Shown piece by piece: positions 1 through 11,290 of a stretch of 64,000 nt of DNA. Source of the DNA: Felis catus (taxonomy: Eukaryota); contig NC_058383.1 of NCBI RefSeq assembly GCF_018350175.1, forward strand, positions 22,074,001-22,138,000. Direction: 5' to 3'. Position 1 is the first letter of the stretch, and every line of letters begins with the position of its first letter. The translations under genes and the position numbers were made by a program. The notes beneath the pieces are model-generated. The model saw nothing but the letters and a program-made list of their open reading frames with translations. It was not told where the DNA came from and did not search any database.

Positions 1-211
1 TGTGGGAAGTCCTGAACCTGCATTTGAAGCAAGTAAGAACACCTGCCTGGAGTGGGAGTGTGGAGGTAGGAGGGCCATCAGTTAGTTCCCCGTGATGATT
101 CCCCACTTACTAGGGGGTGACCTCATCCTTTCATTCAATTGAATGTGTAGGCGGTGTATACATGGGAGCGTAGAATCGGCTTCTAAGCTTAGATTTAATT
201 GCTTATTTCTA

Positions 212-225
212 CCACTAGAGGGCTC
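212..225 (+). promoter_or_regulatory. CTCF-like motif CCACTAGAGGGCTC
   Basis: 13/14 match to CCASYAGRKGGCRS. Motif only, binding unknown. Confidence 0.5.
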
Positions 226-282
226 TTTCACCAGATCAATCTGGGACCCAAGAGATTCAAAGCACTATCACATCTGAGGAGC

Positions 283-291
283 CAAGATGGC
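283..291 (+). promoter_or_regulatory. YY1 motif at the L1 5' end
   Basis: CAAGATGGC about 8 nt from the element start, as in other mammalian L1 promoters. Confidence 0.7.
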
Positions 292-1318
292 AGAACAGCA
301 TGGAAGGTTTTTTTTTTGTGTCTCGCATCCATGAAATACAACCAGATCAACACCTAGAAAACCGATCCGAGGATTAACACAACAATCTGCACAACCTGAA
401 CCACAGAACTCAGCAGGTACACGGCGCAGAGAGGTGAACTGGGGTAGAGAGAAGCCGCAGAGGGCAGGGAGCTGGTGGAGAGAGGATGGAGCTGGTGAAG
501 AGTATGGGAAAAGCACTCCCCAGTAGCAGCTGGAGAGAAAGTGGAAAAGTAGAAACAGCCGCAGGGACCGAACTAAAAAGGAGAAAGGAGAAAGGAGAGG
601 GTTTAAATTTCATTAAGACTATAAACAGGGGAGCGCAGAGTCTGAAACGCCGCAGCTCTATACCTGGCGGTGCTCTGGTGAGAAGGGCGAATCCCCAGGA
701 GCAGAGTGGGGTCCGGTGTTCTTCAGGCCACACAGGAGAGGCGGTTCCCCTGCTGGGAGGACATCTGGTAGAGGCTGTGTGGGTCCCCCCCAAAGCAAGG
801 CTCCAGTGGCCCCGGGAGAAAAACCACTTTCGCTGGTGCTGCAACAAAGTCCCTGGGGGTGAAGCCTGGTGCCAGATGCGTGTTGTGATTTGCCATAGAC
901 CCTGAAACACTGCTGCTACACTGTCGCGCAAACTTTTTCTGGGGCGGGCTGGCACCCGGTCGCAGTCTCCGGCCCGCGGCAGCAGTACAGTCTTGCGAAC
1001 ATTCCTGAGTGTGGCCGGCATCCGGCCATTGCTCGGTGAGGCCCTCCACAGAGGGGCAGAACAGGTCGATGCCGCAGTCCCTCAGAAGTGAGGGGTCGGG
1101 AAACACAGCCGCATCTGCCTGGGTCTTGGTCACGGACGGTCTAAAAGCGGGGAATGGATGGAAGCCGAAGACAAAGGATAGATGTGCGATTGCTGATCCG
1201 CCAGAACAGAATTCTGATACTAGAGACCTGGCGGCTGGCTGTCGCCATTTTCACTGCCCTCGCGCATGCGCATACGCCCCTACAAGCGCCACAATCATCC
1301 ACCCCACTAAGCTAAGCG

Positions 1319-1332
1319 GCGCCATCTAGTGG
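1319..1332 (-). promoter_or_regulatory. CTCF core motif CCACTAGATGGCGC inside the L1 5' UTR
   Basis: 14/14 match to CCASYAGRKGGCRS on the minus strand. Motif only. Confidence 0.55.
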
Positions 1333-1902
1333 AGAATGGAGCCATTACACTAAGCCCCTTCCAAATGGGCCAACATCGCTCTTCAGCAACACAACTCTCT
1401 GCCTGCTTAGTTTACGGACAATAAAGCGCTTCACAGTTTGACTTCTAGGGGAAAACGAAGTAATTTCAATCATATTTCAGTCTGTTTGCTGGTCCATCTA
1501 TTAAATTTTCTTTTTTTTCTTTTTTCTCTTTTTCGTTTCTTTTTCTTGAATACAGAAAGAGAAAAATTATTTGAATTTTTAATTTTTATTAAAATATTTT
1601 TCTTCAATTTTTTTCTACTATACTTTTTACTTTTGTGTAAATTTTTTCAAATTCTATTTTACTTCCATCATTTCATTTTATTCTACTTCAGTCTATTCAT
1701 TTTTTCAAATTTTCAAACAATTTCCTTTTTTTTCTTTCTTTCTTTCCCCCATTTCTCTAATCTATCAAGCTCCTTTCAACACCCAGACCAAAAGGCACCT
1801 AGAATCTGACATCATTTATTTCATTAGTATGTGTGTGTGTGTTGTTTTTAATTTTTTAATTTTAATTTTTCTAACCTCATTAATTCCTTTTATCCCTTCA
1901 AA

Positions 1903-2772
1903 ATGACAAAACGAAGGAATTCACCACAAAAGAAAGAGCAGGAAGAAATGACAGCCAGGGACTTAACCAACACAGATACAAGCAAGATATCTGAACCAGA
2001 ATTTAGAATCATGATAATAATAATACTAGCTGGAGTTGAAAACACATTAGAATCCCTTTCTGTGGAGATAAAAGAAGTGAGAGTTAGTCAGGATAAAATA
2101 AAAAATGCTAGAACTGAGCTGCAATCTCAAATGGATGCCACGGAGGCAAGGATGGATGAGGCAGAGCAGAGATCAGTGATATAGAGGAGAAACTTATGGA
2201 GAATAATGAAGCAGAAAAAAGAGGGAGATTAAGGGGAAAGAGCATGATTTAAGAATTAGAGAAATCAGTGACTCATTAAAAAGAAACAACATCAGAATCA
2301 TAGGGGTCCCAGAAAATGAAGAGAAATAGGGGTAGAAGGGTTATGTGAACAAATCATAGTGGGAAATTTTCCCAACCTGGGGAAAGACACAGACATCAAA
2401 ATCCAGGAAGCAGAGAGGACTCCCATTAGATTCAACAAGAGCCAACCATCAACAAGGCATATCATAGTCAAATTCACAAAATACTCCAGGTAAGGAAAGA
2501 ATCATGAAAGCAGCAAGGAAAAAAAGTCCTTAGCCTACAAGGGAAGACAGATGAGGTTTGCAGAAGACCTATCCACAGAAACTTGGCAAGCCAGAAAGGA
2601 GTGGCAGGATATATTCAATGTGCTGAATCAGAAAAATATGTAGTCAAGAATTCCTTGTCCAGCAAGGCTGTCATTCAAAATACAAGGAGAGACTAAAAGT
2701 TTCCCAACAAAAATTAAAGGACTTTTGACCCCTAAACCAGCCCTGCAAGAAATTTTAAGGGGGACTCTCTGA
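1903..2772 (+). pseudogene. L1 ORF1p remnant (frameshifted)
   Basis: MTKRRNSPQKKEQEEMTARDL start. The frame breaks near 2170. ORF1-like RRM/CTD sequence continues to TGA at about 2772 with internal stops. Confidence 0.88.
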
Positions 2773-5486
2773 GGGGAGGAAAGATGGAAAATAAATAAAT
2801 ATAAATAAATAAATACCAAAAGCAACAAAGACTAGAAAGGACCGGAGAACACCACCAGAAATTCCAACTCTACAAGCAACATAATGGCAATAAATTCATA
2901 TCTTTCAGTACTCACTCTAAACGTCAATGGACTAGATGCTCCAATCAAAAGACACAGGGCAACAGAATGGATAAGAAAACAAGATCCATCTATATGCTGT
3001 TTACAAGAGACCCACTTTAGACCTAAAGACACCTTCAGATTGAAAGGAAGGGGACGGACAACCATCTATCATGCTAAGGGTCAACAAAAGAAAGCCAGGC
3101 TAGTCATACTTATATCAGACAATTTAGTCTTTAAAATAAAGACTGTATCAAGAGATGAAGAATGGCATTATGTCATAATCAAGGGGCCTATCCACCAAGA
3201 AGACCTAACAATTGTAAACATTTATGCTCCAAATGTGAAAGCACCCAAATATGTAAATCAGTTAATCACAAACATAAAGAAACTCATTGATAATAATACC
3301 AGAATAGTGGGGGGCTTCAACACCCCACTTACAGCAATGGACAGATCATCTAATCAGAAAATCAACAAGGAAACAATGGCTTTGAATGACACACTGGACC
3401 AGATGGACTTAACAGATATACTCAGAACATTTCATCCAGAAGCAGTGGAATATACATTCTTCTCCAGTGCACATGGAACGTTCTCCAGAATAGACCACAT
3501 ACTGGGACACAAATCAGCCCTCAACAAGTACAAAAAGACTGAGATCATACCGTGCATATTTTCAGACCACAAAGCTACGAACCTCGAAATCAACCACAAG
3601 AAAAAAATTTGGAAAGGTAACAAATACTTGGAAACTAAAGAACATCCTACTAAAGAATGAATGGGCTAACCAAGAAGTTAAAGAGGAAATTAAAAAGTAC
3701 ATGGAAACCAATGAAAATGATAACACTACAACCCAAAACCTCTGGGATGCAGCAAAGGTGGTCATAAGAGGAAAGTATATAGCAAATTCAGGCCTTCCTA
3801 ACGAAGGAAGAAAGGTCTCATACCTTTCTTATACCTTAAAAAGCTGGAAAAAGAACAGAAAATAAAACCCAAAACCAGCAGAAGACTGGAAATAATAAAG
3901 ATTAGAGCAGAAATTAATGCTATCAAAACCAAAAAACAAACAAACAAACAAAAAACCAAAACAAAACAGTAGAACAGATCAATGAAACCAGAAGACGGTC
4001 CTTTGAAAGAATTAACAAAATTGATAAACCACTAGCCAGTTGGATCAAAAAGAAAAAGGAAAGGACCCAAATAAGTAAAATCAAGAATGAAAGAGGAGAG
4101 ATCACAACCAACACAGCAGAAATAAAAACAATAATAAGAGAATATTATGAGCAATTACGCGCCAATAAAATGGGCAATCTGGAAGAAATGGACAAATTCC
4201 TAGAAACACATATACTACCAAAACTGAAACAGGAAGAAATAGAAAATTTGAACAGACCCATAACCAGTAAATAAATCGAATTAGTAATCAAAAATCTCCC
4301 AAAAAACAAGAGTCCTGGGCCAGATGGCTTTCCAGGGGAATTCTACCAAACATTTAAGGAAGAGTTAACACCTATTCTCTTGAAGCTGTTCCAAAAAATA
4401 GAAATGGAAGGAAAACTTCCAAACTCTTTCTATGAATCCAGCATTACCTTGATTCCAAAACAAGACAGAAACCCCACTAAAAAAGGAGAACTATAGACCA
4501 ATTTCCCTGATGAACATGGATGCAAAAAATCCTCAACAAGATATTAGCCAACCAGATCCAATATACATTAAAAAAATTATTCACTACAACCAAGCGGGAT
4601 TTATACCTGGGATGCAGGGCTGGTTCAATATTCACAAAACAATCAATGTGATTCATCACATCAATAAAAGAAAGGACAAGAACCACATGATCCTCTCAGA
4701 AGATGCAGAGAAAGCATTCGACAAAATACAGCATCCTTTCTTGATGAAAACCCTCCAGAAAGTAGGAATAGAAGGATCATACCTCGAGATCATAAAAGCC
4801 ATTTATGAAAGACCCAATGCTAATATCATCCTCAATGGGGAAAAACTGAGAACTTTCCCCCTAAGGTCAGGAGAAAGACAGGGATGTCCACTCTCGCCAC
4901 TGTTATTCAACATAGTATTGGAAGTCTTAGCCTCAGCAATCAGACAACACAAAGAAATAAAAGGCATCCACATTGGCCAGGAGGAGGTCAAACTTTCACT
5001 CTTTGCAGATGACATGATACTCCATATGGAAAACCCAGAAGATTCCACCAAAAAGCTGCTAGAACTGATTCATGAATTCAAAAAAGTTGCAGGATATAAA
5101 ATCAATGCACAGAAATCAGTTACATTCCTATACACCAACAATGAAGAAACAGGAAGAGAAATCAAGGAATTGACCCATTTACAATTGTACCAGAAATCAT
5201 AAAATACCTAGGAAAAAATCTAACCAAAGAGGTGAGCAATCTATACACTGAAAACTATAGAACGCTTATGAAAGAAATTGAAGAAGACACACAAAAAATG
5301 GAAAAGTATTCCATGTTCCTGGATAGGAAGAACAAATATTGTTAAAATGTCAATACTACCCAAAGCAATCTACATATTCAATGCAATCCCTATCAAAATA
5401 ACACCAGCATTCTTCACAGAGCTAGAACATACAATCCTAAAATTTGTATGGAACCAGCCAAGACCCTGAATAGCCAAAGCAATCTT

Positions 5487-5714
5487 TTTTTTTTTTTAAT
5501 TTTTTTTCAACGTTTTTTAATTTATTTTTGGGACAGAGAGAGACAGAGCATGAACGGGGGAGGGGCAGAGAGAGAGGGAGACACAGAATCGGAAACAGGC
5601 TCCAGGCTCTGAGCCATCAGCCCAGAGCCTGACACGGGGCTCGAACTCCCGGACCGCGAGATCGTGACCTGGCTGAAGTCGGACGCTTAACCGACTGTGC
5701 CACCCAGGCGCCCC
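5487..5714 (-). mobile_element. Young SINEC_Fc-type CAN-SINE nested in L1 ORF2
   Basis: GGGGCGCCTGGGTGG head, (CT)n and A tail. TSD caaagcaatctt at 5475-5486 and 5715-5726. Confidence 0.96.
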
Positions 5715-6796
5715 CAAAGCAATCTTGAAAAAGAAAACCAAAGCAGGAGACATCACAATCCCGGACTTCAAGCTGTACTACAAAGCAGTAATCATCAAGA
5801 CAATATGGTACTGGCACAAGAACAGACACTCAGATCAATGAAACAGAATAGAGAACCCAGAAATGGACCTACAAACATATGGCCAACTAATCTTTGACAA
5901 AGCAGGAAAGAATATCCAATGGAATAAAGACAGTCTCTTCACCAAATGGTGCTGGGAAAACTGGACAGCGACATGCAGAAGAATGAACCTGAACCACTTT
6001 CTTACACCAGACACAAAAATAAACTCAACATGGATGAAAGACCTTAATGTAAGACAGGAAGCCATAAAAATTCTTGAGGAGAAAGCAGGAAAAAGCCTCT
6101 CTGATCTTGGCCTCAGCAAATTCTTAACATATTTCTGGAGACAAGGGAAACAAAAGCAAAAATGAACTACTGGAACCTCATCAAAATAAAAAACTTCTTC
6201 ACAGTGAAGGAAACCATCAGCAAAACTAAAAGGCAACCGACGGAATGGGAGAAGATATTTGCAAATGACAGATAAAGGGTTAGTATCCAAAATCTATAAA
6301 GAACTTAGCAAACTCAATACCCAAAAAACAAATAATCCAGTGAGGAAATGGGCAAAAGACACGAATAGAGACTTTTCCAAAGAAGATATCCAGATGGCGA
6401 GCAGACACATGAAAAAATGCTCAACATCACTCATCATCAGGCAAATACAAATCAAAACCACAATGAGATACCACCTCACACCTGTCAGAATGGCTAACAT
6501 TAACAACTCAGGCAACAACAGATGTTGGCGAGGATGTGGAGAAAGAGGATCTCTTCTGCACTGCTGGTGGGAATGCAAACTGGTGCAGTCACTCTGGAAA
6601 AAAGTATGGAGGTTCCTCAAAAAATGAAAAATAGAACTACTGTACAACCCAGCAATTGCACTATTAGGCATTTATCCAAGGGATACAGGTGTGCTGTTTT
6701 GAAGGGACACATGCACTCCAATGTTTATAGCAGCACTATCAACAATAGCCAAAGTATGGAAAGAGCCCAAAAGTCCATCGATGGATAAATGAAGAT

Positions 6797-6798
<2 letters not shown>

Positions 6799-6849
<51 letters not shown>

Positions 6850-6870
6850 ATGTGTGTGTGTACATACATA
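6799..6870. repeat. (TA)n(TG)n microsatellite inside L1 ORF2
   Basis: Direct inspection. Confidence 0.95.
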
Positions 6871-7421
6871 CAATGCAGTGTTACTTGGCAATCAAAAAGA
6901 ATGAAATCTTGCCATTTGCAACTACGTGGATGGAACTAGAGGGTATTATGCTAAGTGAAATTAGTCAGAGAAAGACAAATATCATATGACTTCACTCATA
7001 TGAGGACTTTAAGAGACAAAACAAATGAACATAAGGGAAGGGAAGCCAAAATAATATAAAAACAGGGAGGGGGACAAAACATAAGAGACTCTTAAATATG
7101 GAGAACAAACAGAGGGTTACTGGAGGAATTGTGGGAGGGGAGATGGGCTAAATGGGTAAGGGGCACTAAGGACTCCTGAAATCATTGTTGGATGTAAATT
7201 TTAAAAATTTGGATGTAAATTTAAAAAAATACAAAAAATAAATTAACAAAACAAAACAAAACAAAAACACAAAGCACTATCACATCTTACAGTAATGGAG
7301 CCTGGCTCTCCCTGTTTGCTGATAATTTCTGATCCTACTTTTGTGGTGGGAGACTGGGAGGCATTTACATGGTTTAAAACTAATGTTTGATCCTCTTATT
7401 AAGGCTTCGTTCTATCTCTTC

Positions 7422-7544
7422 TTTAAGTAGGCTTCATGCCCAGCACAGAGTCCAACATGGGGCTTAAACTCACAACCCTGAGATGAAGACCTGAGCTGAG
7501 ATCAAAAGTTGGATGCTTAACCGACTGAGCCACCCAGGTACCCC
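7422..7544 (-). mobile_element. Short older CAN-SINE (tRNA-derived head, no CT tract)
   Basis: cttaaccgactgagccacccagg head motif on the minus strand. Confidence 0.85.
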
Positions 7545-9299
7545 GAGGCTTAGCTTTTTTTTTTTTTTTTTTTTTTTATTGGACTCTTAGTGGAGTAGCT
7601 GGCTTGGTATATCTGCTTTTTTCTCTGTGTATCCTTTTATATATTGTAGTCACCTTCAACTCAGGAGGGGTCAGTGCCCCTTGAAGGTGGTTGTGTCTTT
7701 CAGGAAGGTGTACTGACAGTTGTTTTAATTCAATAAATGCTTCCTGTGTGCCTACTATGTGCAAAGCTTACCACTTTGCAGGACACAAAGATATGGTTCC
7801 TATCTTCCAAGGAGCCCATAACATAGTAGGGGGCATTTCATTACTACATTTGGCTGTAAACACTGGAAACTCACTGGAGACAGTTTAAAAAATTGGGAGA
7901 TTTTGTATAAAGATACGTGGCATTTCAAGGAACCTTAGGGCAAAGACACAATCAGGCCTTAGCAAGGAATTGAAGCCAGGAAATAAAAGTCATCAGGAGT
8001 CTTGCCAGTCACTTTATTTTTCTCTCAGCCTCTTTTTCTTATTATTTTGTTGTTGTTATTGTTGTTGTTATTGTTGAGAAAAACCATTTTGCCTTCTCTA
8101 TTCTTCAATCCTTAAGATAAAACCTGGATTTAGAGTTTTTACATCATCTCTACTCAAGAGACCCAGACTGAAGTGGGAAAATTAGTCCCAATTCCAAATT
8201 TCCAGGAGAGCAAATGATTGGTCTGTCTTGTTTCATGTGCCATTTCTTGGCCCAACCAGCTGTGGTCATGGAGAGAGGATCGTGTGCTACAAACATGGCT
8301 ATCGGAACCAGCCGCTGGGAGCTGAGGAAGGGAGGAAAGATCTTGGGGTAGGAGGAATTTCTGTAACGTCTTAAATGACTACTACAAAAAGTCCATGTAG
8401 TTCACATTGGGAGCCACTCCATGACACCCAGGTATTCAACAGTAAAACAGGATCACAAATGAGAAGACAACATGGCAGGATTGGGGGACTCTTGGAGCAC
8501 TCTGATAGAAGTGGTACTGGGCTAAGTGTCAGTGATACCAAACCAGCCTCACCTTTTGTCTATGCCCTTATTCCAAGGGCAAAAGGTTAAAAGAGAAAAA
8601 TTTTTCTAGACTTACCTGAGGTAAAGGTCAAGGAGGATGGTGGAAACCAAGCTGACTCAGCCTGGGTAGTATAGTTTCTGCTGTCTTATAATTTCTCCTT
8701 GATGTTTCCACATGGTCTAGTTATTCGTTTTTCTACTGTTAGATTCAACTTCATGCAAAAAAGCATTGAAAATGACATGTGGCTATAAAGCACACCTTCC
8801 CATTATTATTGAAACTCTAGCCTTACCAACATTTAGGCAACTGAAGCCCCCTGTTCTCACTTGCTCACAGCCAAGTGCTTGCAAGTTCGATTCCCACTAT
8901 ACACACAGGTGACGGGACAGTGGGTGGTGGAACGGGGGCGGTGGGGGGGGGGGGGAGGGATGGCAGGGACGCAGCATCCTGATATTACAAAGAGAACAGC
9001 TAAGATATACCGTCTAGAGTTCATGAAAGGAGAACCAGAGATTGAGGCATGTTATTGAGAGTTACAAAGATAACAGAGGAACTAAAAATATCCTACAACT
9101 GTATTTGGGGTGAAGCAATTTGAACTAAGACAAAAACACAACTTGGTTGCCTTGTGGGGAGAGGGACAGGAGTGAGACCAGTCCCTTGGGACCGGTCACG
9201 TAGGGCCTTGCATCCTATTGGATTAAAAATCTTGTGCATGTATCCTCTGATAAATGTTTAGTCAATTAGAAAATAAATGAAAACAGTATGCAGCTAGCT

Positions 9300-9845
9300 G
9301 CCACCTGCCCATCTCTCTCAGCCACCTCCTGCTTTATCAGTATAGAAATGCCAGGTGTTTCCTGTGACTTATCTGTCTATTCCCCGTGCCTGGAATGCTC
9401 TTCCCTGAGATAGCCTTTTTATATAAAAAAAAAACACATTTATTTTGAAATAATTTTGAATTTACATAAAAGTTGCTGCCACCAGATGTTCTCCTGGTTC
9501 AATCCCTCACTTCATTCATATCTCAGCTCAAATGTCACCTTCTCAGAGAGTCCTTTTTTAACTGCTCTCTCTAAAATAACACCCCGTGCTTCTCCCTGTC
9601 CTCTTACTCTTTCCTCTTTCTCCATAGCATTTATTAATATCTGACATTATTCTATGTATATATACACATATGTCCATATGCATGTATATATGCTTTTATG
9701 TTTATTGCCATCTCCCCCAACTAGAGCAAAAGAATCCTGAGAGGACAGGTGCTTTGTCTTGTTCACATTTAAATTAGAAGATCCTGGAACAGTGCCCAGA
9801 ATATAGTAGGCACTCAATTAGCATTTGATTAATCAATTAATTGCA
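9300..9845 (+). mobile_element. L2 3' remnant
   Basis: cctggaatgctcttccc, ctcaaatgtcaccttctcagagag and agtaggcactcaat motifs. Confidence 0.7.
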
Positions 9846-9982
9846 TAAAGAATCATTACATTTCACACACTGCAACAGGCGCTGTAAAGTCAGTAATAAT
9901 AAGCAAGACAGACATGTTATTAATCGTCTGGAACTCTCAGTCTACTGGAGAGGACAGGGGTAATTGAACAAATCAGAGTAAT

Positions 9983-10650
9983 TGTAGTAGATGCTGCCGG
10001 TACCCCCCAGAAGCCCAGATCCCCTTTACTGGGTTGGCACATTTTTACCCCCAATCTTGATCTCTTTAGCCCCTCTACCTGCTCTCAGCTGCCTCTTCTT
10101 GGGAGAATTGCTCTCAGCCAATAGGAGCCACCCCCTCCCCCCCCCCCCCCCCCCCGAGGAACTGCGAGGCCCTTCCTCAGGGACAGCCTGCAGTCAGCCA
10201 GTGGCTGAAACAAGGGAGCAAAAGGCAGCCCTCTTGCCAGAGGGACAACTCTGTGGCACAGGTGATGCTCCAGAGTCCTCCATGGGCCAGGCCAAGGCTA
10301 GACCTCACCTGGGGCCATGCCCTTGTTTGACTTTGTCCCCTTTCTCTGTGGTTCTCAAACTTTTAGTGTGCATCAGAATTGCTTTAGAGACTGACCACAC
10401 AACATATTATCACTGAGTTCCATCCCCAGAGCTTCTAGGGTGGTTCTTGAAATTTTTCATTTGGAGTAAGTTCCCAGGTGATGCTGATGGTGCTCCTCTG
10501 AGAAATCACAAATGGAGAATCACTGCCTTCCTAATGCTGCTCCCCATGCTCCCTTACAGGTTTTTCCCAAAGATTACTCCTTCTATAAATCACATGTATC
10601 TGAATCCCTGCCTCAGGCTCTGCTTCCAGGAAACTCTTCCTAAGAAAACA
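9983..10650 (+). mobile_element. LTR16-like ERVL solo LTR interrupted by a MER5-like DNA element (about 10345-10515)
   Basis: tgtag...cagatcccctt start and ctcaggctctgcttccagg...cctaaga end. The insert carries gtggttctcaaactt and ttcccaggtgatgctgatg. Confidence 0.65.
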
Positions 10651-11072
10651 AGGAGGGCCGTCAAGGGGTCTGTGAGGGGAAGTGCAGGTCAGGGACAATT
10701 AGTGTTGTCGAGGGTCATGGAAGAAGGCTTCACAGAGGACGTTCCATGTAACCTGAACCCTTAGGGATGGGTAGCCAAGTGAAGAGCAGGGGAAACTGTG
10801 TTCCGTGCACTGGACTAGCATGTGCAAAGGATGGTGCATAATGAACTTGAGGGAGTAAAAGATGTTTAGTGTGGCAAGTGTATAATGTGGGGTCAGCGTG
10901 GTCGATTCTTCATGCTTGAATATTGTACACAGATAAGACGCTTGGCCATGAACACTCTTCAAGAAAATATTCTAAGCCGATTAGCTTTTTGGAAGAACAA
11001 TATTGCCAACTGATTCCCAAGCTTGATATGTAGCAACCTGTGAATATTAAACCTTGAAACAAGTAAATCCCA

Positions 11073-11290
11073 GGGGCGCCTGGGTGGCTCAGTCGGTTAA
11101 GCGGCCGACTTCGGCTCAGGTCTTGATTTCGTGGTCCGTGAGTTCGAGCCCCGCGTCGGGCTCTGTGCTGACAGCTCAGAGCCTGGAGCCTGTTTCAGAT
11201 TCTGTGTCTCCCTCTCTCTGACCCTTCCCCGTTCATGCTCTGTCTCTCTCTCAAAAATAAATAAACGTTAAAAAAATTAAAAAAAAAAAC
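11073..11290 (+). mobile_element. CAN-SINE (SINEC_Fc-like)
   Basis: Full head, CT tract and A tail. TSD aca(a/g)gtaaatccc. Confidence 0.95.

Larger units (their letters stand above)
2884..6989 (+). pseudogene. L1 ORF2p remnant (endonuclease, reverse transcriptase, C-terminal domain), fragmented
   Basis: APE-EN motifs (LNVNGL, CCLQETH, SRIDH, SDH), RT motifs ([13 protein letters not shown]) and LLHCWWEC. Multiple frameshifts, a SINE insertion and a microsatellite break the frame. Confidence 0.93.
276..7270 (+). mobile_element. Full-length carnivore/felid LINE-1 (L1_Fc-like), inactivated
   Basis: Starts GAGGAGCCAAGATGGC, has a CpG-rich 5' UTR, ORF1 and ORF2 remnants and an A-rich tail. Perfect TSD (c)aaagcactatcacatct at 258/259-275 and 7270/7271-7287. 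Confidence 0.97.

Noticed and set aside
1438..1809. Phe-rich, membrane-like 123-aa ORF
   Set aside because: T-rich low-complexity tract of the L1 5' UTR with a non-ATG start.
5517..5829. ORFs with GAPGW.../LSLSLS motifs here and at about 13006, 15912, 24659, 26262, 41749, 57026 and 59924
   Set aside because: Read-throughs of CAN-SINE sequence.
11073..11160. tRNA-like A-box/B-box sequences
   Set aside because: These are tRNA-derived SINE heads, not tRNA genes.
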